Assembly: GCF_964204645.1 (NCBI RefSeq)
Contig: NC_134025.1
Coordinates: 434,001 to 498,000, forward strand
DNA from: Tubulanus polymorphus
Lineage: Eukaryota > Animalia > Nemertea
Length of the DNA: 64,000 bases
Direction: 5' to 3'
Positions 38,501-51,714 of this stretch are shown piece after piece. The notes beneath the pieces were generated by a model that was given only the letters and a program-made list of their open reading frames with translations, was not told the DNA's origin and did not search any database. The first letter of the stretch is position 1, and every line of letters begins with the position of its first letter. The translations under genes were made by a program, and so were the position numbers.

Positions 38501-40827
38501 CAGTAGACTCCTCTCAAGTCAGATGTTTTGACTTGAGAGTGATATCTGAGTTGGATGATACAGTAGACTCTGCTCAAGTCTGATCTTTTGACTTGAGAGT
38601 GATATCTGAGTTGGATGATACAGTAGACTCCTCTCAAGTCAGATGTTTTGACTTGAGAGTGATATCTGAGTTGGATGGTACAGTAGACTCCGCTCAAGTC
38701 CTCCTCTCAAGTCTGATCTTTTGACTTAAGAGTGATATCTGAGTTGGATGGTACAGTAGACTCCGCTCAAGTCTGATCTATTGACTTGAGAGTGATATCT
38801 GAGTTGGATGATACAGTAGACTCCGCTTAAGTCTGATCTATTGACTTGAGAGTGATATCTGAGTTGGATGATACAGTAGACTCAGCTCAAGTCTGATCTT
38901 TTGACTTGAGAGTGATATCTGAGTTGGATGATACAGTAGACTCCACTCAAGTCTGATCTTTTGACTTGAGAGTGATATCTCAGTTAGATGATACAGTAGA
39001 CTCCGCTCAAGTCTGATCTTTTGACTTGAGAGTGATATCTGAGTTGGATGATACAGTAGACTCTGCTCAAGTCTGATCTATTGACTTAAGAGTGATATCT
39101 GAGTTGGATGATACAGTAGACTCCTCTCAAGTCTGATCTTTTGACTTGGGAGTGATATCTGAGTTGGATGATACAGTAGACTCCGCTCAAGTCTGATCTA
39201 TTGACTTGAGAGTGATATCTGAGTTGGATGATACAGTAGACTCCGCTCAAGTCTGATCTTTTGACTTGAGAGTGATATCTGAGTTGGATGATACAGTAGA
39301 CTCCACTGGAGTCAGAATATTGTAATATTCACCTCTTCTGTTGATCTTGAACGATGGGAAAAATATGATTAACTAAAGAATGAATGGTGTCCTGTCGGAG
39401 GCGCCGGAGATCTTCATCTTTGCGAAATAACGTGTTGTGATGTTTCTCTGTGTATATTTGACTACTGGCGATATATTTCAGAATTCGGTTGACTTTCTCC
39501 CGATGTTTTACACCTCGAGCCGCCCGTGATTGATTCTTTTCCTTTAACTTTTTAAGTTCTTCTTTATCTGAAAAAAAGAATGAAACAGTTGAAAGATTTG
39601 AATAGATAAACGCTTGAATCCGATTCCATTGTTGTGAGTTATATTTTTAAAGAGCTTTGTGCAATTGATCCCTGAAATATGATCTTTTTTTACCGGTCTC
39701 AATTTGTTTTTCTTTCTCTTTTAAATGTTCTTTGATGAAATACAAACGATCTTTCAATAAAGCTGTGTCACATTCCTACAATAAAAAAAAACAATTTATG
39801 ACTTCAATTTTGGTAGCAAAACTTTTCTTTCTTCAGAGGAATATTTTGAAAAGCGAGATATTTTACCTTTTGTATAATTGATTCTCTGTTAGATACAGCT
39901 GTACTGAAACTTTTAAAATCATCAGATCGTATTAATTAGTTTAAATAGATTTAAATCCTGAAATCAATCAATACAGCGACACTTACTCATTGAGAATCTT
40001 TATTTTCTCCGCCTTCAGTTGATTCCATTTTTCTAGTTTAGAACTGAATCTGTAAAATAAGATTGATTGAGAGAGATTGAGCTGCATTAAAAAGAAGACA
40101 TTGTTCCATCATATATCTGGCCTCTGGGTTAGGTTTGACTCTTCCATTAGTGGCTTATCATATAAATCCGGGGTCCAAAATCAGAGATTTACTTTAATAT
40201 CGAAGTTAGGTGACCTATTTTCATGGCGGCTGTATTGATGCCAATAATGGTAAATACGTTTAACGCAGCACAGCCATGACAGCGAAGGAAGTACGTTAAT
40301 TTAATGAATACCGATGGAAGATTAGTGGTTTGACTGCAGCCAATACCATCTCTCTTCATGGTGGTACCTAAGAAACTGTTTTAAATCATTGATTTTGTAT
40401 CTGCTGTCAGAATTCAAGAGTTGAAATGATTTTTCTCGATCGAGAGAAAAAACCTTAGAGACAGTGAATGCGGAACTGGATGCTGGTTGTATAATTGATA
40501 CCTGTTTGGATCGTTGTTTGAAGTAGATAGAATGTTGTCATCTTCAGATGAGGAATCACTGGTATTAGTAGTCGGTGAGGAGCCGGAGGTTGGCCAGCAG
40601 GACGATGAGGAGGAGGGTGAAGGTTGCGAGATGATGATATTTGAATGTATATAATTTCCAGCTATCAAACACGTCACGCATGTAAATGGTCTCCTACGAC
40701 TTAGACACAACGGGCATCTCTCAACAGCCACTGATACGGCTCCATTCGAGTCCGAAAACGATGAATACAGCTTAAAATCAGTTGGAGCAGTTCCACTACT
40801 TTCATCACTACTCGAAACGGCGGCCAT
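35543..40827 (-). CDS. ATG14: Beclin 1-associated autophagy regulator ATG14 (multi-exon)
   Basis: N-terminal VAVERCPLC..RRPFTCVTC zinc motif, coiled-coil exons, ALAEARRTSYVRGKW, LNYNVLHLCFTQ..HTLHNL, DWETVP and C-terminal BATS-like SAAASVASLWRA. Confidence 0.94.
36172..36468. mobile_element. MITE-like foldback: ~60-bp TIRs enclosing a 42-bp tandem repeat
   Basis: ATAAATGAAGAAATCCCACACTTCGAATT... mirrored by ...AATTCGAAGTGTGGGATTTCTTCATTTAT; internal CATTCCACCTGATGATGGCTGTCAGTCAACAG x4. Confidence 0.75.
36966..37205. mobile_element. MITE with CAGGG termini and 5-bp TSD
   Basis: CTTAT|CAGGGTCCGATCT ... AGATCGGACCCTG|CTTAT; internal CTACTTGCCC repeats. Confidence 0.82.
37499..37652. mobile_element. 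Tc1/pogo-type MITE
   Basis: TA|CAGTCAAACCCCGAT ... ATCGGGTTGACTG|TA. Confidence 0.75.
37977..39310. repeat. 60-bp intronic satellite (~22 copies) in ATG14
   Basis: TTGACTTGAGAGTGATATCTGAGTTGGATGATACAGTAGACTCCGCTCAAGTCTGATCTT tandem. Confidence 0.97.
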
Positions 40828-41330
40828 ATTTGTTTATAATTGTAGTTATGCGTGTCACTAATAGGCGGCGACACTAAACGGTCAATAAAGTAATTTTGAA
40901 TTTGAATAAAAATAATTGAATTGGTAATACTAATTATCAGAATAAACCGACCTCAGAAATATATGACGGTTCCTGGCGGTATTTATTACGCGCATGATTT
41001 ACTTCCGTGTTTTCAGTGTATAATAAGCTCTACTTATATTGTCGCGACCGCCCGCCGCCCTGCACAGTCCCGCCCGCGCCCTGTTTGGGCTTGTTGTATC
41101 GGATCTGTGTGTGTTGAACTGTACACACACCCTGCCCCGGCCCCGGGATCGAGCACAGCTTGAGTTGAGTACGAATAGATGACAAGTTTAGTTGGTTGAC
41201 AGTTTTTAGAGAGGGTCGTCAGGTGGATCAGTCAGTTCCAAGTTGCGCTCCTCGTCCGTTCTCCAACCTAGTTTACGAGTTAGGATATTGTTTTTGGTAC
41301 TATCTGTAAGAATAACTGAATCAGCTCATC
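40828..41330. promoter_or_regulatory. Bidirectional CpG-rich promoter (ATG14 / ITPK1)
   Basis: Head-to-head start codons ~500 bp apart; GC boxes (CCGCCCGCCGCCC) and an ACTTCCG ETS-like site. Confidence 0.6.
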
Positions 41331-42115
41331 ATGAAGCGTGTTGGATTCTGGCTAAGTGATAAAAAATACAGGAAGCTAAATTGGCCAGCTTTTGAAAAAT
41401 ATTGCAGGTAAGTTTCGTTGAATGATCGAGTGAAACTATGACACTGCTGGCACTGAGCCAGATAATCTGAAAATCAATGATTATTGTTAAATGTTTGTTT
41501 TTATGATATTTCAGGGATGATGATATTGAACTAGTTAGGGTAAGTACCATAGATTCCTCGATGATGTCACTCAGATCCCCCATTACGTAGTTTAGTCGGG
41601 CCTACCTAAACCACAGACTAGGTTATCAACTTGCAGATCACCCAATGACATCATAATGTTAACCCCTAATCAATGACTAACAAGCAGTCAAAAAAAGACA
41701 AACTATCAAATTATCAAATCAACTGAACTGCAACAACTTCAATTATCGATGAGAGACCACCGTACGCTGCTGATTATGACATCATATTGATCGTGATTCC
41801 CATGAATGCTGATGCTTCTCATGAATTAATCAACCTTTAATGTGTTGTAAACAAATGCAAATTAATTGGTTATTAATAAGCTATCGCCATGGTAATAAAT
41901 GATGTCATAGGGCGATTATGATCAATGATAGATAGAAAACCTAAATAGTGGAATGTTTATTTTAACAATGTTGTATAGGATTAAAATTAACCCATCCACT
42001 CTGAATATTGTAATCAATTTTGGTAATATGCCAAGAAGTTGCCCCTCAATGTATTGGGTTATCTTTAAAATCATTGACATAATTTACATGTATTCAAAGT
42101 GTGTTATATATCAGA

Positions 42116-42154
<39 letters not shown>

Positions 42155-45100
42155 TTGACCTATTGAAAAAATCTTAAGATTTTGTCACCTAAAATAAATA
42201 ACACTCAGTGAAATGTAAGATTTAATCAGAAGAGGACATTTCAGACTAATCAATACTGTTATTTGAAATTTGACTTGACTTATTGACACTATTTTGATTT
42301 GTAAATACATCTTTAGCATAAAGTCTGATAATGGTTGTGTTAGGTGAAAAGGTTAATACAGGTTCTGTGTGACACATAACTATGATCTGAAAAACCAAAA
42401 TCTATAAAATAGATTTGAAAGATTAAAAACAAATTTTATTTATCAAGAATTACAATCAAAAGTTTAAAGACACGAGGTTGTTAGTTGATTGATTTGAAAA
42501 TTGAATTTATGCAAAATCGATTAAATAGTTATAAATCTTTTAGTGAAACTGGCTCTAGGGGGCCTCTCTATTAAGCTAGGTTTAGTTCGCTGAGCGCACA
42601 AGGGTTTGCTATGTCTCCGGATTGCTATGGTTAATTGGTATTTATATATTGTTGTGTAGTGTTGATAGTTTTGACCTGTTTTTCTACATGAATTCAGCCT
42701 ATAATTAGAAGTACTGAATGAGTACTGATCATATTTAATATTCACACATCATATTTCAGTTTGAAATCTCACGAAAATTGAATCAAAATATCAGGATCTA
42801 CCCCCAACATTTTCTCTCCCAGCACATTCTGGCAACTACCCAGTAAAAATATTTATGTGATTATAAAATTCTTGATGTATGTATCATTAGAGTAGGAGGT
42901 TTAGAGTTGTATAGGGAGCCAGTGAATGAATGCAGGATAAACCGATTTTCTATTTGTCCTATCGATTATTGGAACCGTGGAACTAACTCTAATACTGTGT
43001 GTTACTGTGGGTTACGCTACTTGACCTCACAATGTAGCGATCATTTATATATTAATAGAAGTTTTATTTTTTAGATAAATTTGGCAGGAATACATAACAC
43101 ATTACTGAGGTCCATGGAGAACATTATTAGTATTACTTAAAAATAGTGAAAGCCAATGTTTCATTTATGAGAAAACTGTGTAGTGACCTTTCACGCTTCA
43201 CATGTGTTCTGGACTTTGAAAATGAACTACAAACACCAGACATTAGTAGACATTTTATCAGAAAACTTTCAAAACTGATCGTCCATATTTCCCAATACAA
43301 TTAGTGAATATCTAGAGTGGGCTGCAGATAGTTAACCCACCACACCGCGTCCTCCTGAGGGTATACACCGTTCCTCTTGGGGTATACACCACATCCTCCT
43401 GGGGGTGTACACCGTGTCCTCCTGAGGGTATACACCGTGTCCTCCGGGGGTGTACACCGTGTCCTCCTGGGGGTGTACACCCCCTCCTCCTGGGGGTACA
43501 TACCATGTCCTCCTGGGGGTATACACCATTCTGATTGCTGTATGTTTTACTGACGGATGTTTTTATATTTTGACAGTTGGATTTGAATTATCCGTTTGAA
43601 GAACAAGGACCATTCGATCTTATTATTCACAAAGTGTCAGATGTTGTGATAAAATCAAACCATGGATGTGTTCAATCTAAAAAACAATTACCCAACTTTA
43701 TGGTAAGTTTCCTCTTAATGAAGTTTCTACTGTTCAGACGTTTCTGACCGAGGACTCTGTTCTACTGTTCAGACGTTTCTGACCGAGGACTCTGTTCTAT
43801 TGTTCAGACGTTTCTGACCGAGGACTCTGTTCTACTGTTCAGACGTTTCTGACCGAGGACTCTGTTCTACTGTTCAGACGTTTCTGACCGAGGACTCTGT
43901 TCTATTGTTCAGACGTTTCTGACCGAGGACTCTGTTCTATTGTTCAGACGTTTCTGACCGAGGACTCTGTTCTACTGTTCAGACATTTCTGACCGAGGAC
44001 TCTGTTCTAATGTTCAGATGTTTCTGACCGAGGACTCTGTTCTACTGTTCAGACGTTTCTGACCGAGGACTCTGTTCTACTGTTCAGACGTTTCTGACCG
44101 AGGACTCTGTTCTACTGTTCAGACGTTTCTGACCGAGGACTCTGTTCTACTGTTCAGGACTCAGTTCCATAATTCTTGGTTCAGTTCATTTCTAATGTTT
44201 TTACTCGAGATCAGTGAAAATCATTAACAGCCAGTTGTCAAACTGTGTAGAACCCACCGTAGAACTGGGTCCAGTGTAGAACCCACCGCAGAACTGAGTC
44301 CCATGTAGAACCCACCGTAGAACTGGGTCCAGTGTAGAACCCACCGCAGAACTGAGTCCCATGTAGAACCCACCGCAGAACTGGGTCCCATGTAGAACCT
44401 ACCGCAGAACTGGGTCCCATGTAGAACCCACCCATGTAGACCTGACTGTGACTACTATCTGGGAGTAACTTCTATGTAAGAGCTCAACTCCCATAATATT
44501 AAAATAATCTCAAAATCGACTATTTTTGATCGACTCATTTTGGTGTAGACTCCCAGTACTCGAGATATCCAGTCGTCAGGCGTGATAGATGCTTATTTTA
44601 CTGAATAAATCAATACTAAAAAATATTTTTGCTTTTATTCAAGCAAAATCAAAAGTGTGAAGGTTTTAATGGGATAAACGTTTTGTTCAATGGTGATCAA
44701 AACGATTTGTGGGTTGGATGGGACTGGATGTGGGTTGGATGGGACTGGATGTGGGTTGGAAGGCACTGGATGTGGGTTGGATGGGACTGGATGTGGGTTG
44801 GATGGCACTGGATGTGGGTTGGATGGCACTGGATGTGGGTTGGATGGGACTGGATGTGGGTTGGAAGGCACTGGATGTGGGTTGGATGGGACTGGATGTG
44901 GGTTGGATGGCACTGGATGTGGGTTGGATGGCACTGGATGTGGGTTGGATGGGACTGGATGTGGGTTGGATGGCACTGGATGTGGGTTGGATGGCACTGG
45001 ATGTGGGTTGGATGGGACTGGATGTGGGTTGGATGTGACTGGATGTGGGTTGGATGGGACTGGATGTGGGTTGGATGGGACTGGATGTGGGTTGGATGTG

Positions 45101-48100
45101 ACTGGATGTGGGTTGGATGGGACTGGATGTGGGTTGGATGTGACTGGATGTGGGTTGGATGGGACTGGATATGGGTTGGATGTGACTGGATGTGGGTTGG
45201 ATGGGACTGGATGTGGGTTGGATGTGACTGGATGTGACTGGATGTGGGTTGGATGGGACTGGATGTGGGTTGGATGTGACTGGATGTGGGTTGGATGTGA
45301 CTGGATGTGGGTTGGATGGGACTGGATGTGGGTTGGATGTGACTGGATGTGGGTTGGATGGGACTGGATATGGGTTGGATGTGACTGGATGTGGGTTGGA
45401 TGGGACTGGATGTGGGTTGGATGTGACTGGATGTGGGTTGGATGTGACTGGATGTGGGTTGGATGGGACTGGATGTGGGTTGGATGTGACTGGATGTGGG
45501 TTGGATGGGACTGGATGTGGGTTGGATGTGACTGGATGTGGGTTGGATGGCACTGGATGTCGGTTGGATGGGACTGGATGTGGGTTGGATGGGACTGGAT
45601 GTGGGTTGGATGTGACTGGATGTGGGTTGGATGTGACTGGATGTGGGTTGGATGTGACTGGATGTGGGTTGGATGGGACTGGATGTGGGTTGGATGTGAC
45701 TGGATATGGGTTGGATGTGACTGGATGTGGGTTGGATGTGACTGGATGTGGGTTGGATGGGACTGGATGTGGGTTGGATGTGACTGGATGTGGGTTGGAT
45801 GGGACTGGATATGGGTTGGATGTGACTGGATGTGGGTTGGATGTGACTGGATGTGACTGGATGTGGGTTGGATGGGACTGGATGTGGGTTGGATGTGACT
45901 GGATGTGGGTTGGATGTGACTGGATGTGGGTTGGATGTGACTGGATGTGGGTTGGATGGGACTGGATATGGGTTGGATGTGACTGGATGTGGGTTGGATG
46001 TGACTGGATGTGGGTTGGATGGGACTGGATATGGGTTGGATGTGACTGGATGTGGGTTGGATGGGACTGGATGTGGGTTGGATGGGACTGGATGTGGGTT
46101 GGATGTGACTGGATGTGGGTTGGATGTGACTGGATGTGGGTTGGATGGGACTGGATGTGGGTTGGATGTGACTGGATGTGGGTTGGATGGGACTGGATGT
46201 GGGTTGGATGGGACTGGATGTGGGTTGGATGTGACTGGATGTATACTGCTGTTACTGATCACTGGTGAAACTGTGTTTAACTCATCTATTAATGATTAAT
46301 GTTATATTTGATTTGCTCACTGATTCTTTATCGATTCTCTGTTGATTCTCTATTGAATCGAGCATCAAATACAGAATTAACTCAGCGTAAAGAGAATAGA
46401 AATATTTGCCACACAATTCTCTATGAATCACTATGCTGCTAGTATTAGACGTATATGTCAGTATATATGTATATATTGTCAGTAGAAATTCGGTAGAGAT
46501 TTTTTTTCTATAATTACGAATAAATATTCAATATGGAATAAACTTGAAGCATGAAAACCTGTTACTGTTTATTCATTCTGTGTATTTGTGGAATAAAAAA
46601 CCTGTATACAACAGATGAGGTCTATTCATTGAGCTCTGAATAACCAGGGAGAGGGAGAGGAGGGGGGGGGGTGGCAGTTGAATTGTTTATCCTGTATGTA
46701 AAGTATTTTTCTGGTGTTGTATTTGTTATCAGAATCCAGAGACATGTTGCACAGTTAATATTAGACAAAAGATAAGTTTGTTTCTTATAAGAAAACGACC
46801 TTAGAATCTACAGTTTGCCATTCACTTGCTCCAGGCCCGATGCTGAGTATATATACTACAGTAGACTCCACTCAAGTTGGATCTTTTTGGTCGGAGTCTT
46901 ACGCGAATTGGTTGAATTCACAATAGCGCCAGAATTTCAACTAAAATCTGACTCTAGTTCAGTTTAATGTATAAAGATCATTATTGAAGTGAAAAAAAAG
47001 AATATGTGGCTGAATGTTTAAATAAATGTTTATAGCCTTCACAATTACAGACGTATGTAAAGAATCATCCGGAGGTTATAATACTGGATTCAGTAGAAAA
47101 TATACGCCACCTATTGGACAGATCGCAGTTATACAGTATAGTTAGAGACTATACTAATGCACAAGGAGGTTTGTAGTTATTATCCCTATTCCAACCACCA
47201 CACCTGCCACTGGAGAAATCAGAGTTTGGGAAAAAAAAGATTTACACGACCCACTTACATAGTTCTGGGTTCAGTTTGAGCTTTAGATCTAAGAAATTAA
47301 GAAATTAGTTTGTTTTCCAATGTTTGAATTCTGAAGACTTAAATCTCCACTGACAACTGTGGAATTTGGTCGTGGATCCAGTTCCACAGTTGTTGGCTAA
47401 GCAACTGGTTCATTTTAAATGTTTTAAAGTCAAATCTTTACCGAGTACTCTGAACCTGGCTCCAAAATCATAGGTCAAAAGTTTGCTTTTTTAAATCAAA
47501 GTACATTGATGTATAATATCTACTTTATTTTCATTGACATGATTCAAACTAGATCTAAATCAAAGTGAAAACTTATTTTATATAAATACCTAAATTGGCC
47601 ATTGATTTTACTAAACCTCTCATAAATGTTTGAGGTACACAATGGAGATTTAAAAAACGTTTTCCATTGTCAAAACATTGAAATGCTATTTACTATATGC
47701 AGATACTGATAAAAATGATTTGGGCTGGTGCTATATGGATTTTCAAATTCCACATTTAGGTAACTAGATAGTGTAACAGATAATATATCTATGAATTCTA
47801 AATGTGAACTAATTTTTTTTAAGTCTTTGTGTTATTTTCATTCTCTGTGATTAACTAATATTCTGTAGCGAGTTATTATGTAAAAGAAGGCTATTACTGA
47901 CTGACCGCTTCTAGACACACAACACTGATAATCACTAATCCTTCTTTCTTACATATCTGAACCCCCTGCAGCTACTAATTCTTAATCACTTGAGCGCTTT
48001 CAATGATAGTGAATGATTTTATTCCAATTAGTTTAATTTGATTGTATTTGCACGCATATGTATTGATTAAAACATTTGATTCAGCTCAGTGCATGGTTCC

Positions 48101-51100
48101 CATGGTACCAGGCAAAATTTCACATTATATTCCCCGGTTTGGAAATCTTTCTATAGATTTGCCACTAATCGAGGACATTTTTGAAAAATTCACATTTTTT
48201 TTACACTTCACATTGCTTTTTTGAGAGTCACTGTAGAATGATTGTATCTGAAAATCTAGGATATTCATTTGTGACGTTTATCAAAACGATAAATCAGATT
48301 TTGGATTGTATTCACTTTGGTTTGATATCCTTTCCCTGTTGACAAATTACTGCAGTATCCTGACAAATAAAACGATAATCGAACCCAAAAGTTCCATATT
48401 TCAAATTTCATTTCTGTTTTTGGTTTACCTTTGTCAGCGATATGAAGTTGGCATTGAGCCAATTCATGTAAAATCGCGGTACGTTTTTTTATGTGAGCAT
48501 TTGTTTCATTGGTTCTCGGTTTAAACGACGTATAATCGATGCGATTGAAGACATGGCGAACCTCCGTCGATGACATGGTCAACTTTGTTAAAATTCTACG
48601 AAAAACTGTTTTTGGCGGGAAAATTCTTAGCTCTCGCGTATAAAATTGCAATGACCTCGATTGGGGGGCGTTGTCTCTACGAGCGAATGTGATTGGCTGT
48701 TTTTGGGATATACGGGGATTCCGGCGCTACTAAAATAATTATGGGAAAGCCGGAATGGCGAACGTTTCATTGGACTAGGTGCCGTATACATGCAAATTTC
48801 AAATGCTCATTGCTGATGAGAATGTAATTATTATCCACCATAGGTAATGTTTCATTTTAATACCCGGAGATTGATTTGATTGACACTGAAGTACAAGCGA
48901 ACATTCACTTACACAAGGCCTCCACGTGCGCGCGGAGTGCTATAGACTGTTGCATACACAAACAGACGCTCGTACAGTATACACTACTATAGTGATACTG
49001 TAAACGCTGCTTGCTGGCGCGTCTGACATTTCATCAACAGAAGATGAGCGCTATGTTTTCTGTTTGATATAATTTATAATAAATTGTAATTTCTTGTGAC
49101 CTGAAAATATTAAGCAGTAAACTACAAGTATAGGTCGAGGTCTGAATATTGTAGTAGTAAATTCCAGGATTTAAAACGATCTAATACGCCAATTTCTTAC
49201 TGCGCCGGTTTAGATTCCGCGGCCATACATTGCAAGAGGTTTCCAAGACTAAATATTCAGCCACCCTCTGATATGTGACACCATGTGAATTTTGTTTGAA
49301 TATTTTTTCATATTTTGAAAAATATTTCTTTGAACATATAAAATAGTTTCCGTGCCGTTCCTACCTGTACCCTACGAAATGTATCTTTTTGGTCTTATTT
49401 GACAACAAAATAATTCTTTGAGAAAGATGAAATACAACATAGAACTTTGAAGTCACGAATTAAAAAGATTTTTCAAGCAATGCCATTACCCCAAACAACC
49501 TCTAGCTTTCAAGGTAAACCACACTTTGCCCATGGGCAATTTATTTGATATTTCAGATAATTTAATGATTACTCCAAACTTTGTTGAATTGACGAGTAAA
49601 GATGTTGAAACGAATAAGAAACTATTGGAAATGTCTGGAGTGACATACCCTTTTGGTAAATACAAATTACGATTCACGTCGATGGAATAATGTAATACAA
49701 TTCTAACTGGTTCTCTCTTTCATTTTCACATTCGATAAGTTCATTGAATATAAACTTCTTTTTTCTATTATTTTGTATTTCAGTTGTCAAAGCTTTAGTG
49801 TCACAATGTATAGATAAAGCTCACCAGGTGTGTATTGAATAATAAGTAACCCCCTACAGATTGAGATCCTTGTGTTACTATGGTACATATACCTCACTAC
49901 TACAAATAACTGCAAATAGAATAGAGTATATTTTTTCACCATTCAAGAACTGGAATATTGAATAGTTTTAGAGTTAAACTGTTCTGTTGAAAACTAGGCA
50001 AGTGAAAACACCAATCCAATGTTATCACTTTACATTGATCACTTAGTTGGAGGTGAGCCAATATTGTGATGTCATGGGACACTGACCTAGAACTCACCCA
50101 TGTGTGGACACTTTGCCTGACTGTGATGTCACTGGTCACCTGACCTAGGGTAAGGGTTAGCTGCTACTACTAGGTGATTGTGATGTCACTTGTCACCTGA
50201 CCTAGGGTTAGGGTTAGCTGCTACTACTGAGTGACTGATGTCACTTGTCACCTGACCTAGGGTTAGGGTTAGCTACTACTACTGAGTGACTGTGATGTCA
50301 CTGGTCTACTGACCTAGGGTTAGGGTTAGATGCTGGTACTGAGTGACTGTGATGTCACTGGTCACCTGACCTAGGGTTAGGGTTAGCTGCTAGTATTGAG
50401 TGACTGTGATGTCACTGGTCACCTGACCTAGGGTTAGGGTTAGATGGTAGTTATGTACAGTCGTGATGTCACAGTCTGGGCCAAGAGACCTGTCAGCATT
50501 ATGTACTGTAAACTAGTGACACCTGGAGTAGAATTATATTAACATCAATCAAATTGAAATTCCTGAGTATTGATTAATGATATGTGTTATTTTCAGATGG
50601 CTATAATATTTAATGAAAGTGGTCTTAAAGATATCAGTCCTCCGTGTGTAGCTCAGACATTTGTTAATCACAATGCTGTATTGTACAAGATATTTGTAAT
50701 AGGAGATCGTGTATTCTGTGTAAATCGACCCAGTATAAAAAACTTCCATACGAGAGGTATCCATTTAATCGTAAGATTCTAAATTAGTGTCGTCAAAATC
50801 ATTCGTTAATCATTATCATAAATAATGTTGATTTTATTTCAGATCATGATACGATATTTTTTGATAGTTGTAATATTTCTCGGAAACATTCGGATAGTCT
50901 TCTAAACCAGGTTCGTTTTATTCTACAGTGATAATTATTTAAAAAGAATCTTCTCAGATTCGAAGAATGCTGTATTTGTTTATTTCAGTTGGATGAGGAT
51001 GATTTAAACAGTAAAGCAGTTAGTCCTGATATGAATCTGTTACATCAGATAGGTCACGCGATGCGCGCTAAATTACAGTTAGATCTATTGGGAATAGATG

Positions 51101-51642
51101 TAATTATTGGTAATGATACTGGTCATTACGCTGTCATCGATATCAACTATTTTCCGGGTAAATATATATTCATAACTTGTTTTAAAATCAAATAGTCAAA
51201 TTTACAAGATTTTGTGAAACACATGGTTATGATGCATAAGGTTTGATTCAGCCTTATTCAAATTGAAACTAAGACGCTTTAGAAAGTCATCATTCAGTCA
51301 CAGTTGGTACAATTGTGAATATTCTTCAGACCGAGTTCATCGTATATTATTAAAATCAGTTGTGTTCAAGTCAATAGTCTTCGCCATGTTTTGGCGTCTC
51401 ATCAAGATAATCTATCTCATTGTCTGTGTTTTCATGCTTGTATTCAAATGAGGGGTTGCTCCGATAATATCCAAATCAGAACCATCCCTTTCACTGCGGG
51501 AAGAGTTCGATTTGTTTTTGTTTCTGGTAATAATAACGGTGTACTTTGTATTTTAGGTTACGAAGGAGTCCCTGAAAGTGATATATTTACGGGCTTATTA
51601 AAAACAATAAAGGAAAAACTTTCTTCAAAAAGACCGCAACAA

Positions 51643-51677
<35 letters not shown>

Positions 51678-51714
51678 CACCAACGGAAATATCAACCAAA
51701 ATACAATACTCTAA
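41331..51714 (+). CDS. ITPK1: Inositol-tetrakisphosphate 1-kinase
   Basis: Exons 41331-41407, 41515-41539, 43577-43702, 47051-47168, 49557-49655, 49784-49827, 50597-50756, ~50843-50910, 50989-51157, ~51558-51714. Motifs MKRVGFWLSDKK, QGPFDLIIHK, HPEVIILD, QTFVNHNAVLYKIFVIG..RPSIKN, LLGIDVII..YAVIDINYFPGYEGV; 13-Gln tract near the C-terminus. Confidence 0.95.
43723..44156. repeat. 35-bp intronic minisatellite (~12 copies)
   Basis: GTTCTACTGTTCAGACGTTTCTGACCGAGGACTCT tandem. Confidence 0.95.
44245..44430. repeat. 29-bp minisatellite (~6 copies)
   Basis: GTAGAACCCACCGCAGAACTGGGTCCCAT tandem. Confidence 0.9.
44708..46241. repeat. 21-bp G-rich minisatellite (~73 copies)
   Basis: TGGATGTGGGTTGGATG(G/T)GAC tandem in ITPK1 intron 3. 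Confidence 0.97.
50119..50445. repeat. ~55-57-bp tandem repeat (6 copies) containing telomere-like TAGGGTTAGGGTTAG
   Basis: GACTGTGATGTCACTGGTCACCTGACCTAGGGTTAGGGTTAGCTGCTACTACTGAGT tandem. Confidence 0.9.

Noticed and set aside
44629-46299. Long W/G/C-rich or PSNPHPV ORFs on both strands
   Set aside because: Translations of a 21-bp intronic minisatellite that is open in several frames.
50757-50842. U12-type intron in ITPK1 (donor GTATCCATT)
   Set aside because: It deviates from GTATCCTT and has no TCCTTAAC branch site.
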